Of a DNA stretch of 64,000 nucleotides, positions 26,965 through 39,767 are shown piece after piece; the stretch's first letter is position 1; each line of letters begins with the position of its first letter. A model generated the notes under the pieces. It was given only the letters and a program-made list of their open reading frames with translations, searched no databases and was not told the DNA's origin. A program made the translations under genes and the position numbers. The stretch is from Paraspadella gotoi. Its lineage: Eukaryota; Animalia; Chaetognatha. The stretch spans positions 11,447,130 through 11,511,129 of the forward strand of contig CM119263.1 of the NCBI GenBank assembly GCA_051294375.1, written 5' to 3'.

Positions 26965-29900
26965 TCTTCTCTCTCTCTCTCTCTCTTTAAGCTGTCCCAA
27001 TATTATTCCAGAATTCTTTCCCCAATAAGCATGCTGCTTAGAAAAAATATATTTAGTTAATGGAATAGAATTATTATAAAAAAAGAAAGATATATAAATA
27101 AAAAAAGAAAGACAGAAACAGACGAGAGAGATTAGAAAAAAAAACCCAGCATTTACACTTATCTCTCTTTCAAATTTTACTTAACATTAAGGTCTTCACT
27201 CTCTCTCTCTGTCTCTCTCTTCCAATATCGAACGGGAGAGAGAGCAAACAAGTCAGACTTTGCCGGGCATCTTGGGTTCCGATTGGGTGGGGAAAGATTA
27301 ACTCCTGGGACTGGAATAAAAAAAACGAAAAAACAAAACAAAAAAAAAACGAAAAACCAAAATGGGGAAAAAAAAGGAGGTAGCGGAAAAGAGAGGGGAC
27401 TTCGCCAAATTCTCGTTTCAATCTTCGACTTCGAGAGATCTTAAGCTCGGAGTTTCGAAATGAAAAGGATGGTCTCGTGTGAGAGTCCTCTTAATCTCCT
27501 CTTTAGGATGTTCCGAAGGAATTTCACAAATAAAAAGGGGAAAAACGACTTCGTGTTCCGACTTTCCATTTTCAACGAATAGAAATTTGAGTTTTCATTA
27601 TTTCATTTCTTTTTTTTTATCAATTTCTTCGTTTAAATTTGAGGAAATATTAGTAGGAGGCGTTGTTGTCGTATCGAATTAGTAATGACGTAATGTTTTT
27701 TTTTCTGATTATTTCTGAAAAGATAAAAAAAAAAGTTTTTATTTAAAACATTAAACAATCAAAATAAATGCAGCATATGAGAAAAATAGTTCTACAAAAA
27801 GCGAAAAAATTTTTTCAAGTTACAGACGTCAGGTTTACTTAAAACGAAATATTCCAAATGATGTTAAAGACCGAATCTTTCACGACGACTGAGGGACATC
27901 GAATCTTTATCTCCTTCAGAATCGCTTTTTTTTTATTTTTCGCTTTTAATTTCTTTTAATTTCAAATATTTGACTCATCTAAAATTTTTGAAATGATTGT
28001 AGTAAAAATATTGAACGTTTTAAAATTTGATCTCCGCCGTCGCCCGCCTCAATATACATCGCCGCAGCGACCGCCACCGCCACCAACACCGCCTCTGCTC
28101 ATGCCGCGCCGACTTCGCCGCCAAAAACCAACTCAAAAAATAAAAAAGAGATTTTCTTCAAACTTAGTAGAAGATTAAGAAGCCAGAAAATCGGAAGAAT
28201 AAAGAGAAAGATTGAGGGATGAAACGAGGCATCATTTCGTCGTCGTCGTCGTCGTCTCGGTCGCAGGTCGTCGTCTGCCCAGCGGCGATGTCGTTCCGGT
28301 CCCCGCTGTCGTCATTTGTTGAAAAGTGATTTCAAAGCTTGTTTTGTTGTTGTTAATTTTCTCGGACAAAGGTTGTCCTTCAATGATAAATTTTATTATT
28401 TATTTCAAAAAGAGTTTTTAAGAATTATCAGCTTGGAAATGATAATTCAATAGAAAATAGGTATTTTCTTTTAACTGAAGCTAACGTGTGAATTTCACAT
28501 AATAAATTTAGTGACAGGCATTATCAACTATTATGTGATAAAAAATTGAAAAGTTTTAAATTAATATTCATTTATTGTAGCCCTAAGTTTTATACTAGAT
28601 AAAGAGTCAAATATTTGCGTTAAGCCGTACCGTTAGAGAGGACAACCCCTATGCAGAACGTGCGAAACATACTTAGGGTGGAGCGACGAAAAGATTGGTG
28701 ATTGAACATTTATTTTTTGCTGGAGCCCTATAGATATGTAATTAATAAATTTTAAATCTTTTTATAAATCTTTTTTAGTATAAACAGTATAGTTAAATTT
28801 AAATTTACTTTATGTAATAATATCCTTATAAAAATCGTTAAATTTCAATAATAATTTGTTTTTTATTTTTAGAAACAGATGTGGATTCGCTGTAAAAAAA
28901 AATAAAAAACTTTTATTAAATATGTTATAGGATATTTAATATTTGTATGACAAAAAAATGCACTAAAACGTTTTAACATATATAAGATCTAACTACAAAA
29001 AATAAAAAAAGTCATGAATTTTTACTTTTCTTCCCGTTTTAAACACTGAAGATGGACAGAATATTCTTGATACATGTTTAAATTTTTGATTCAACTTTTT
29101 TTGAAGAATTGAATCTTTATTAAAAAGTTTACAAACAAAATTATTTGAAAAATTACATATTCATAAAAATTCAGCTCCTTGTATTTTTGATGCTTAGTGC
29201 GGGTTACAATAAGTATTCCCCGATCTAATACTTAAGGGAGTCTGGTCTTTTTCATACAAAATTGAAACATTCTTTGAAATATTTTCCACTTCATTTGATA
29301 GGAAGCCAGGTACTCTGCGGAGTGAATAAACGAGACTGTGAGAGAGTCTTGATTGAAAGCTTTTGCAGGGAACCGCATTGTCATTATCTTGTTTAAGAGT
29401 GATGGGAGGCCTTAAACCACCAAAAGCCTGTCCCAAAGTTCAGGGCAAGATAAGCTTATTTATTAAATGATGTGGATAATTTTTATATTGGTTGTACCAA
29501 TTTCATAAGAATACTTATTACAAACTATCTATATTTTACTATTCTGTCCCGAGACAATATGACCAAATATTTTTTGTACTAATCAATCATTACTATCTAT
29601 ATTTAAATATCCTTTTCGCATCATTCAAATCAATTTATTTTTTTTGTTCTCGAGTGTCTCCACTCTACTGAACATGATAATTCTATCGATCTTTGTCATA
29701 ATCGTCAAAGGTTCTTCTTCCGCGGAATCGGTTGTCGTTATTAACGTCGTCTCAGTCATCGTCTTAATCCTCACAATCCTCCTGTTATCTTCTCCCGTCG
29801 AAACTTATCGGCCTTCGCTGGGAATATTGGTGGCAGGAGAAGGCGATGTCATGCGACACTGTCTTGACGTCTACGCGTCCGTCTATGGCTGTCATACTTA

Positions 29901-30130
29901 TCCTGAAAGGTCCGCTCGTGGGTTCTGTCGACGACGTTGTCCAAGGTTGTCGTGAATCGATCTGGTCTTCGTTCGTCGTTCGTTCTCTGGTCGTCGTCGT
30001 CGAAATGACAAGCAGGTGAGCGGCCGCTTCTGCGCGTGCACGAACGAAATGGACTTTTGTGATGCACGACCAAGATAAAAGAAAGTCGAAAAAAAAGAAG
30101 AAAAAACGAAAAGGAAGAAAAAAAAGAAGG
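19248..30130 (+). repeat. Copy 2 of the direct duplication, indel-riddled; probable assembly artefact or second haplotype
   Basis: Collinear with 5003-17110 but with dense 1-3 bp indels, worst at 19750-25700. Exon copies at ~23790-24020 and 25711-26450 are frameshifted. Confidence 0.9.
29285..29508 (-). mobile_element. ~230-bp interspersed repeat, TATGAAATTGGTACAACCAATATAAAAATTATCC family
   Basis: Its reverse complement aligns along its length with 51610-51795. It lies in a ~400 bp block absent from duplication copy 1. Confidence 0.75.
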
Positions 30131-31558
30131 AAAGAAGAACAAAATGGGTGGTCGGATGATCATGGCGCAGTTTGCATGGCGACGCCGGAAGTCGCGAAAG
30201 GGAAGTGGCGTCGAATTCCAGCCGGACGAACTATGCGACAAAAATGGACGTCGACGATTCGATGATGACGTCCAGACGGAAAATCATAGATGACATCGAT
30301 GTCAGAAACAAGGAAATTTGACACTGACCATCGATGGAGGCGCTCTCTTCTTTTATAAGCCCCCATTTCTGCGCCTTGATCGCAGAACTTTAATTTTAAT
30401 ATTTAACCTAATCCGTTACTAAATATTAAAGTCCAATCTTCTAATCCTAATTCCTAACCTAAATCTCTAATCTTAACTTAATGCCTAACGTATCCTTATC
30501 TCTAAACCTTAACCCTTAATCCTTAACCCTAGTCCTATAAAATATAATTCCTAAACTAGAAACTTTACTCGAAATTGTGACTTTAATTTCCTGACCCTGA
30601 ACTGTAACCTTCGTGAAACCTCTAAATTTTTATATCCGAATTTAAGATAAAGCGGCCGTCTTGGTCAGATATGGCCTAAAAGGGGGACGAAGTGAATTTT
30701 TTGTCCAACGTAAACGTACAGAAAAGTATTGTCGAAAGTACTATGTGAACAAAAAAAAATTTGAGGCATGTAAATTAATTTTTCTCCTAAACCATAAATC
30801 ACGAAAGAGTTAATTTTTTTCATATTTTTGAAGGCGATACAAATTAGACTTTTGAACATATTAGACATTGAACTACTTCCTTTACCAGTCACCCTACCGC
30901 CTGCCTTCGCAGGACTCCTGACCTTCCCGACGTGCAGTCACGGGAAGTCCACGAAACGAAGGTTTCTTCGAAGGGCAACAAAGCTGCATTCGGCGAGGAA
31001 AAGGTGCGGTCTCAAGCTGGCAGCGGGGCCAGGCTGCCGCCGCCAAGGCCAAAAACATTGCCGCTCGTTGGGCTGAAAGCTGGGAATTGCGGGCGGTCTG
31101 GGCGACATTGGGCTAATGGTCGAGGGTTTGGGCTATCGTCGGCCGGAACATCGGTGTCAGCCAAGGCCGTTGAGGGCGGGAGGAATGGCAGGGCCCAAGG
31201 CCAGACGAGTTTTTGTCCTTGCTGTTTCTCTCGTCGTCTCGTTTCGAACCGAATTAAACTTTAATGTAAATAGGAAATTCGTTCAATCCGAAATAAATAA
31301 TGTCGCTTAGAAATATTTATGAGTGACTTAATTAAATTATGACTCGCGTTTGTAAAGAAATGTTTTCGGTTGAATAGTGAATCGTCTGTATGTTCGGAGT
31401 TATATGTAATAATTTTATTACAACAAAAATCTGTACTAATATTGTCATCAAAAATATATAATCTTATTAAAATTGTAATTTATAAGATAAATTTTTATAC
31501 ACTTCCGATACAAAGAACAATATCTTTAAATAATAAATAATCGACCAATTATTTCCGA
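30110..31558 (-). repeat. Left arm of a ~1.45 kb inverted duplication (partner 35212-36650)
   Basis: Reverse-complement identity throughout, e.g. aaaatgggtg…catggcgcagtttgcatggc vs gccatgcaaactgcgccat…cacccatttt, and tcgaccaattatttccg vs cgaaaataattggtcga. Confidence 0.93.
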
Positions 31559-31899
31559 TTAATTTGATATGTACAAAGTAGACTTCTTGAAAAGGATCAT
31601 TCCAAGTTTCTCTTTGAAATATTACAAAAGAGTAAATTTTAACGCGACCTATTTTCCGGAGAAGCTAATTGAAAAATAAAAGCATGGATCAGAAAGGGTA
31701 TAATAAATATATTGGCGGTGGTACAATCCGGAATAAACCATCAATCCGTCTTTATTATGCTTTTAATTAAGAACACGCGTAGATTTGNNNNNNNNNNNNN
31801 NNNNNNNNNNNNTATCTTTTTTTCCGTTATTGCTCAGATTCTCAGTCGCATCCGGCGGGCAAGTTGTCACTAAGATTCCCCGGAAATTCCCGCGACTCT

Positions 31900-31940
<41 letters not shown>

Positions 31941-32249
31941 CTTTATTCTCTTCTTTTAAATTTTAACATGTCGCTCTCCCTCTCTCTCTTTGTTATATAT
32001 ATTTTTATCTCTATCTCTCGAGAATTTTCAAGGTCAAGATTCACCGGTAATTCCCGCGGCGACTCTCTCTCTCTTCTCTCTCTCTCTTTCCCCCCCCCAA
32101 TTTATCTTATCAACTATTAATTTCTAATTTTTCTTAATTTTCTTTTTTTCTTTCTTTTCTTTCTTAGAATTTTTAGAATTTCTATTATTCAGTCTCCTAG
32201 AAATTTCAAGTCTAGATTTTTTCTCATTTTGATAATTAGATCTGCTTTC

Positions 32250-32640
32250 GATTTTTCTTTTCGAGCGATCCAGAGCTCCGAGTTTTAGTTTTTTCCGTTC
32301 TCAGCCAACTTTTCATAAAAATTTGAGCTCAGAGATTCGGTCTGACTTTTCCGGGCGATCAAAATCCGAAAACACGATTCAGTCTGAGCTCCGAAGTTTT
32401 CGGTTCTAACTCTCCAAGAAATTTCGAGTTTCTCGATTCGGTTTACTTTCGAGCAGTTTCGAGTTCCGAGATCACTCTTACTTTTCGGCCCGATCGAAAA
32501 TACCCAAACCTATTTCGATTCTCAGCGCTCGAAAATTTCAAGAGTCGGTTCTACTTTTCGAGAGCAGTTTCGATTCCGAGATTCACTCTTACTTTTCGGT
32601 CGATCGAAAGTACCCAGACCTATTTCAGTCGACTTCGAGG
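32250..32640. repeat. Degenerate tandem repeat, ~110-bp unit
   Basis: gagcagtttcga(g)ttccgagat(t)cactcttacttttcgg…gatcgaaa.taccca.acctatttc occurs at 32451 and 32562, with more diverged units upstream. Confidence 0.7.
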
Positions 32641-34026
32641 TTTCCCTTACTACTAGCGCTTTTTTAGAATGATTACGTTTTTATGAGAGTTATAGTTATT
32701 AGGTTTTCGTATTTTCGGTTTAGTATTTTGACAGGTATTGATTTCGTTTAGTCTAGTCTAACATTTTATTTTGATAAGGATTGCTAATTATTTTTACTTT
32801 ACAGTGTATCAGGTTTTTATTTTGAATGTTTTGTTTACAAGATTCCAACGGCTCGAAGATATTAGTACAATTCGATTCTCAATTTACTATTTTTTTCCCG
32901 TTAGGAGTCAGTCTAAGGTTTTTTTGTTCGTTAGTTACGGTGTGCCGTCTCTAATATTTTTTGGTAAGTAGTCGAATATACGGCAGATCTTCAAAGATTC
33001 GGTCTTCCGTAGCGGGTCCTCATCGAGAATCGTAGATGGACGCTGAAGAATGCTTGTGACATGAACCGAAGATATGGCTTGATGTTTCTCTGATGCGGCT
33101 ACCTACGTGTGAGGAAAAATTTGAATATTTGAGTTGTGTTGTGATTTCGCCTCAGGTTGTTCGTGACCAATGAAAGCACCTTTTCGCTCGCCATGTTCGC
33201 ACTTGAAGCGTTCAAGGGTTGATTTCGTTCTTAGCCGCGTTCGAAATTACCTCGAGATCCTATTTCGTTCCTGACGGGGGGCGGAAAGTTTGCATTTCGG
33301 TAAGCGTGGTATATCTCTTTACCAAGATCGACAAAACTTATTCATTTTTTTCTTTCCTTTTCGATTCTTTTTGAATTCGATTTGCGTTCGGCGTGGTTCC
33401 GTATTGTCCTTGCAATTCGGCTCTCCATTAATATTCACGCTTCTTTCTTTAGTTGGCTACTTCGGAGTCGCGGGTTTGTGTAAAATTTGTCTGGCCTCGG
33501 AGATCGGCCACCGCGGGTCAGTTATAACCTGGTCTTCGCGCTTTTGACCTAAGAAAATTTTCAAAACGGATTAGAAAACAAGATTTTGTAGTAATGTTTT
33601 TTAATATGCCCGAAGCTTAGTTACCAAAAATCTATGTTTTGTTCAGTTAGCCAGTTAGATGATATTTAGCTTCCCAATGTACTCATTCCCCCCTGCCTTG
33701 TGTCATTATTTCTGGGTCTTTCTTGTATTGTTTTTCAGTTAGGCGGCAAACGTTTAAGGTCAGATGTGAAGTCCAGTTTTTTCAGTGTTTTTGTATTTTT
33801 ACGGTTGTTACGGTTGTACTTAACACACGCCGTTCAAGTTAGGAATCTCTCCTCTTTTAAAAAAGATAAAACTGACCAATGAGAAGCGATAAAAAAAAAT
33901 ATTGATATTATTTGTCATATTTTTAACGAGCCTTAGGACACCGGCCAAGAAAAATGTGCAGTTCGTTTTGATCTCTCTTTGCTGTTGTTACGCTCTAAAA
34001 ATTAAAAAAATAAAATTCTCTCACTC

Positions 34027-34057
<31 letters not shown>

Positions 34058-34089
34058 TTGTTTCTCTCTCTCTCTCTCTCTCTCTCTTT

Positions 34090-34129
<40 letters not shown>

Positions 34130-34207
34130 GTCGTCTCTCTCTCTCTCTCTCTCTCTCCCTCCTTTTCGTTCGTTGTCTCCTCTCTCTCTCTTTTTGATGG
34201 CGACCTA

Positions 34208-35201
34208 ATGACGCCTGTTTTTCGGGCGGCCCTTCGTTGTGGGCAAAGCCACGCCCAGGCAGTGTGGAACTGCCACGCCCTGGAGGTTTACGACGGTAAG
34301 AATTGTTGAAAAAGCAAAAAAAAAAAAATGAAAAAAATATTTCCATTTAGATTAATTATCTGACTTTAATTTTTAGATTGTCTAAGGGAATACCTCGGGT
34401 TGGATCCGATCCGCCCGAGTGACCCGCCTTCTTCAGCGTCGGTGTCGACGTCATCGTCCTCGTCGCCTTTTTCATCGGCGTCATCGTCTCCCACCCCTCC
34501 GGATGCTGGTTGGTCGCCCCTCGAATGGATCGGCGTCGTCGGGCTCTTTATTCTAAGTGCCTTTTTTTCTGCTCTTTTTGTGAGTTACTATTACTTAGTT
34601 ATGATTTGGTTACAGAATTCTAGTTTTAAATATTCATGATTTAAATGATACTTTTGAATTCATTTTGTTTCAGTCAGCTGTTATTCGTCGAGTTTGGCGC
34701 CGTCTGGTGGGGTTGAGGAGGCCTCCCGCCCAGCCTCGTCTTCCATTTTCGGCACGCATGGCGGCCGACCGCCTTGCCTCTCTTCAGGCGGCGGCGTCTC
34801 ATGGGGCGGTGGTAGCGGCGGCGCCAGTGGCAGTGGCGCCAGCTGCGGCGGCAGTGGCAGCTCCTGCAGGAGCAGAGGGAGCGGGTCGCGCAGCGGCGCC
34901 TGCACCGATTCCGCCGCCTCGACGTCGTCGCGATTCCGACGGCGGTGAGTCGGTGAGAGGAAAAGAATAATGAAAAAAAACACAAGATACATTAAATTCA
35001 ATTAAATAAGTAAAAAATGTTTATTCTTTTTCAGATTATTTCGATGCTGTCTGAGGACGAGGACGTCAGCTTCGACGACGTCGAGTTGGAGTCGTCTTCG
35101 GAGGAAGAGATCGTCTTCCTGGGCTCCAGCGTCGTCGCCAGCGGCGGCGCTGTCCCATCGGCGCCTGCTGTCCCATCGGTGCCTCCCCTCGACCCGTCGC
35201 C
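34208..35201 (+). CDS. Orphan four-exon gene, predicted single-pass membrane protein
   Basis: Exons 34208-34295, 34377-34579, 34674-34944/34952 and 35035 onward, with AT-rich 81-94 nt GT-AG introns whose phases match. Protein: MTPVFRAALRCGQSHAQAVWNCHALEVYDDCLREYLGLDPIRP, Ser-rich stalk, WIGVVGLFILSAFFSALFSAVI, RRVWRR, then an Ala/Pro-rich tail. The true start is uncertain. Confidence 0.7.
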
Positions 35202-35211
35202 NNNNNNNNNN

Positions 35212-36650
<1,439 letters not shown>

Positions 36651-36781
36651 TTTTTTTTGCCTCCTCACTTTTCTTTCTTTCTTTTTAATCTTTATTTCTC
36701 TTTTTTTTCCCTTTTTTTTTTCTTTCGCTGATGATGATTTCTGGAAAGTATTTTGGTTCTGACTAATTTCCTCTCATTTAG

Positions 36782-36948
36782 ACGCCGGAGGGGGTGACGA
36801 CGATGGCTACAGCGACGACGACGACGACGGCGTCGACGACGACGGCGAGAACGCCGAGGGGAGGCCAGACCGCGGAACCAAAAACGAGGGAATTAAAACC
36901 GGAAGTGACGCTGACGACTTCGACGACGGTGAAGACGACGACGGCTGA
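36782..36948 (+). CDS. Possible terminal acidic exon of an unidentified gene
   Basis: ttcctctcatttag| acceptor, open frame DAGGGDDDGYSDDDDDGVDDDGENAEGRPDRGTKNEGIKTGSDADDFDDGEDDDG*. GC-rich blocks at 35510-35870 and 36360-36600 may be error-containing upstream exons. It could instead be (GAC)n-derived non-coding DNA. Confidence 0.3.
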
Positions 36949-37699
36949 GGTGGTCGTGTTTGTCCACTTTGTTGGTTTACATTTCGATATTGCTTTTTAA
37001 AGCTTTTCCAAAGCTTCCGTCTGAATAAATTAATTATCTAAAAATTCCAATTTATGTAATTAAAACATTTGTTATACCGAAGTTGTAACATTGTATTGTA
37101 ATATTGTAATATATCGTAACATATTGTAACATCGAGAAGGTTATTAGAGACATTAAGAAGATATCTTTATCGGGTAGTCCGGAAAATTGATAAAATGTCG
37201 TATAGTTATCAAATGTACAGTTTATATGAAAGACGATGCGTTTCTACGACGATGCCATGGACGACGACACTGACAACGACGACGACGACGTGACAATAAA
37301 CGACGATGCCGACGACGACGAAGACGACGATACCCCTCGCGGTTTCAAAACGGTTTTCCCTCCCAGAATTCGCCAAAACAAAAGAGAATTTGTTCTCATT
37401 TCGTTTACGCATAAAATCTTAATGAGATATTTTCTAATTGAAGCCAAAAGCGAGGATCGCATTATTTCTTGGAAAACGCAAAACCCGCTGTCGCTGTTGT
37501 CGTCGTTGTTGTTCCGGGCTTGCGTTTCATTGTTGTCGGTCTGGTTTTGTTTATATTCTTGTTCGTTCGAGATTTTTTTTTTTTCTAAAAGATTTATGAA
37601 TCGATAAAGCAATTTTCAGCAAGGATTTACTTCGTATTTCTTTAATTTTTTTTTCCCCCGGCAATCATTTGCTTCATTGCCTTTCTTTCGATGAATACT

Positions 37700-37745
37700 T
37701 TTTCTTTCTTTCCAAATTTTCTTTCTTTCTTTCTTTCTCTCTTTG

Positions 37746-37819
<74 letters not shown>

Positions 37820-37850
37820 TTTTTCTTTCTTTCTTTCTTTCTTTCTTTCC
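37700..37850. repeat. (CTTT)n microsatellite; (GAAA)n tracts also at ~39600-39770 and ~41430-41600
   Basis: Direct reading. Confidence 0.95.
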
Positions 37851-37960
37851 TTCTCTTATTTTCTCTCTCCCTCTTTTCTCGCCCGCCTCTCTCACGTTCG
37901 ATGTCGCTTATTGTTGTTTATCTCTTTTATTTTTAACGACTGTTTGTCTTTTGTTATTTT

Positions 37961-38446
37961 TTATTCATGGTTGTCTTTTGTTTCATAATTCATCCGCGAG
38001 CGGCGTCTTGCGACGAAGTTGGCGTCGGCGTCAACAGCGGCGTCGGCGCTTTGGCGTCGATGGTGTCGGCGCCGCTGGCGTCGGTGGCGGAGGTGAGGTG
38101 GCGTCGGATGATTGACAGCTGGAATCTGAGAAAGTGAAATCGAATTTCACGAAAAGAAATCGGGCGAGCTCGGGTCGAGAGTTGTAAATAGACAACGAGG
38201 GTTAATTGGAACCTGAAATATTGTGGAGTATAAACTGCGACAGTTGGTGTCTTTATTATCTGGACTCTGAAGTCTGGACTCTCCGGTCACGATGTTAATT
38301 CGGATGTTAAAGCGAAAACTTTCGCTTTTTGCTTCCAACGAAATCCAGGTCTTTGGCGGAATGGGCGGCGGCAGGCGGCGCCAAGAGGAATCGATGGTGG
38401 TTGTGATGGATGGCGGGAGATTGGTGGAGGCGGCGTCAAGAAATTC
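37961..38446 (-). CDS. Possible two-exon coding segment of unknown function
   Basis: Open frame 38213-38446 (EFLDAASTNLPPSITTTIDSSWRRLPPPIPPKTWISLEAKSESFRFNIRINIV…IFQ), an 87-nt CAG|gttcc…ttctcag| intron, then 37961-38125 in frame to TAA. The nearest ATGs (38448-38453) are one base out of frame. Confidence 0.35.
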
Positions 38447-39223
38447 TCATCATGAAACTTTTAGCAGTCTCTCTCTCTCTCTCCTCTCTCTCTTCTCTCT
38501 CTCTCTCTCTCTATCATCTCGTCTCTCCTCTCTTTTACACACACATCTCTCCTTTCCGCAGAGTCGTGGGTAAGTCTCGTTCGTAACGAAGATTCATTAA
38601 CGACTTTGTTACGTCTTGGTTCTCCATAATTAAAAATAGACCCTGTGTCTCTCGACGTTCGGGGATTTTCTTTTAAGACGACGTTGACGACGACGCGATG
38701 GCGACGACGAAGACACCTGCAGAGTTTCTCTTTTTTTCCGCCCCAACTCTACCTTTCAACCGCCCCCCCCGGCCACCTTCTCAGGTCTCTTCCAATCATC
38801 AAAAGTCTAAAAAAATGACAGGAGAGAAACTTTCTTCTCTAATTTGGAGGATAGTTTTTTTTTTTCTCCTTTCCTTTTTTTTTCTCTCTCTCGCTCAATT
38901 CTTTTTCTCTCTCGTTTCCTCCGAAACGAAAACCTTTACAAGTTGTCGTCGGCTCCCGACATTTCTTGCCTTCATTAAGAACGAAAAAACGAAAGCGGTT
39001 TTTTTCCCTCGAAGGAGCGCTCGATCTCGAAGAAGCGCCACATGATGTATAGAGATAGGGTTAACATAATGGGAATATGAGTAAAGCTAGACCGGATGCG
39101 AATATTATAACTTTTGATCAAAGCAAAATTATTCACAAAAAAAAAATCGAAGGAAACAACAACGACGACGACAAAAAAATCGTCCTTCTGGTCCGATCTT
39201 CGATCATCAATCATTTTATTCAT

Positions 39224-39726
39224 AAATGCATCTTTCGCGAGAACTCAAAGGCGGGCATCGGGGGGAAAGGAGGTTGACTTGGTATTTAAAAAAAAGTCTA
39301 GAAAAAATAAAAATCGCTGTAAAAACGTGGGGGTTTTTTTTCTTCTTCTTTTTTTTTATCAGTTTTCTACCATCTCCTTTTTTTTCTATATTTTTCTCTA
39401 CTCTTTTTTTTTTTTAACGAAAAAAGGGAAAAAAATATGTCAACCCCTGAATAAAGGAGGAGTGAAATTAAAGTTGGAGAGTAATTAGTACAAAACTCAT
39501 CAGAGACGAAGGCTGCGACCGTCGCTGCGTCGCTGCTCCTTTCTCGATTTCCTGCCGCTGAACGACGCGGACAGAGAGAGAGTAAGAAAGAAAATAGAAA
39601 AAAGAAAGAAAGAAAGAAAGAAAGAAGAAAGAAAGAAAGAAAGAAAGAAAGAAGAAAGAAGAAAAGAAAGAAAGAAAGAAAGAAAAAAGAAAGAAAGAAA
39701 AAAAAGAAAGGAAGAAAAAACGAAAA

Positions 39727-39767
<41 letters not shown>

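Noticed and set aside
37236-37607. Asp-rich ORF MRFYDDAMDDD…
   Set aside because: The acidic part is explained by degenerate (GAC)n, common throughout this window, and the remainder is not protein-like.
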